A stretch of DNA of 63,000 bases, filler included, from Diploschistes diacapsis (taxonomy: Eukaryota): the NCBI GenBank assembly GCA_023645945.1. It is 23 parts of 23 records of this genome, joined end to end, with 100 filler letters (N's around TTAATTAATTAA, not from the genome) between each part and the next. Parts side by side here need not be neighbours in the genome. Positions count along the whole stretch, not along the records: positions 61,903 to 63,000 come from JALAIB010003961.1; 22 more parts are not named here. The stretch is one strand, 5' to 3'. Positions 62,526-63,000 of the stretch are shown here, one piece after another; position 1 is the stretch's first letter, and each line of letters begins with the position of its first letter. The notes below the pieces were generated by a model, which was not told the origin of the DNA, ran no database searches, and saw only the letters and a program-made list of their open reading frames with translations. The translations under genes were made by a program, and so were the position numbers.

Positions 62526-63000
62526 GATGGTGGCTGGCGGAAAATTCGTATATTAAGTTCTGGCATTGCGTTGGGTGCTGGTGTATGGGGCCGGCTGTAC
62601 ATGACCCTTTCCTGGTAGTTCTTTTTAAATACCGTGTACCTTGCAGCGGCCTAGAGTTTACGGTTGCAGCACAAATCAAAGTCCTTTCAGCGCGCAGCTC
62701 CAGTTCTCTAGTTCTATCTCCCATGCGCACCCGTTTGCCTTTACAAGCCATCGTACAGAAAATAAGTGAACGAGGCTCGCAAAGCTCCCACATAATCCTC
62801 TCGCCCCCCGGTTCTACATCGCCCACTTATCAGGAACATTCCCACGTCCTTTTGACGGCCACTGCCCTCCCACCAAGTACCGCTTTCCTCCTCCCTTCAA
62901 CCTTCCCGCCACCTCTTGCAACCTTTCAAACAGGAAAGCCACCCAGCACCCCTTTCCCCATCCCACCACACCTTTATATCCCTCCATCCCCCTCTCCATC

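Noticed and set aside
62814..62999. Minus-strand ORF at the window end
   Set aside because: Short, truncated and without a recognisable motif.

Overview
Eukaryotic DNA from a filamentous ascomycete (Pezizomycotina). It is not one locus: about 26 unlinked contigs are joined by a 100-bp artificial linker (44 N + TTAATTAATTAA + 44 N). Two ~18.8-kb contigs are gene-dense. Contig 10824-29671 carries MRC1, a secreted YAR-repeat precursor, a damaged membrane-protein gene, an amino-acid permease, a CE4 deacetylase and CFT2. Contig 41775-60604 carries an aryl-alcohol dehydrogenase, NDUFS4, ATP17, a PRRC2/MOS1-like protein, NOP53, YPT6, URK1, GID8 and ESF1. Most ~1.1-kb contigs are AT-rich, heavily RIP-like-mutated nested transposon debris: Copia, Gypsy, pogo/Fot1, four or five LTR families, and MITEs. 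Main highlights: (1) two unannotated box C/D snoRNAs in consecutive GID8 introns with readable rRNA guides; (2) a secreted precursor with repeated YAR|DAEP processing sites; (3) a ~600-bp MITE family with TAGGCTGGCCGT termini built from 72-bp units (9 copies); (4) a CpG-sparing mutation pattern in the repeats; (5) three GC-AG introns; (6) several pseudogenes. All calls come from reading the sequence by eye; no searches were run.
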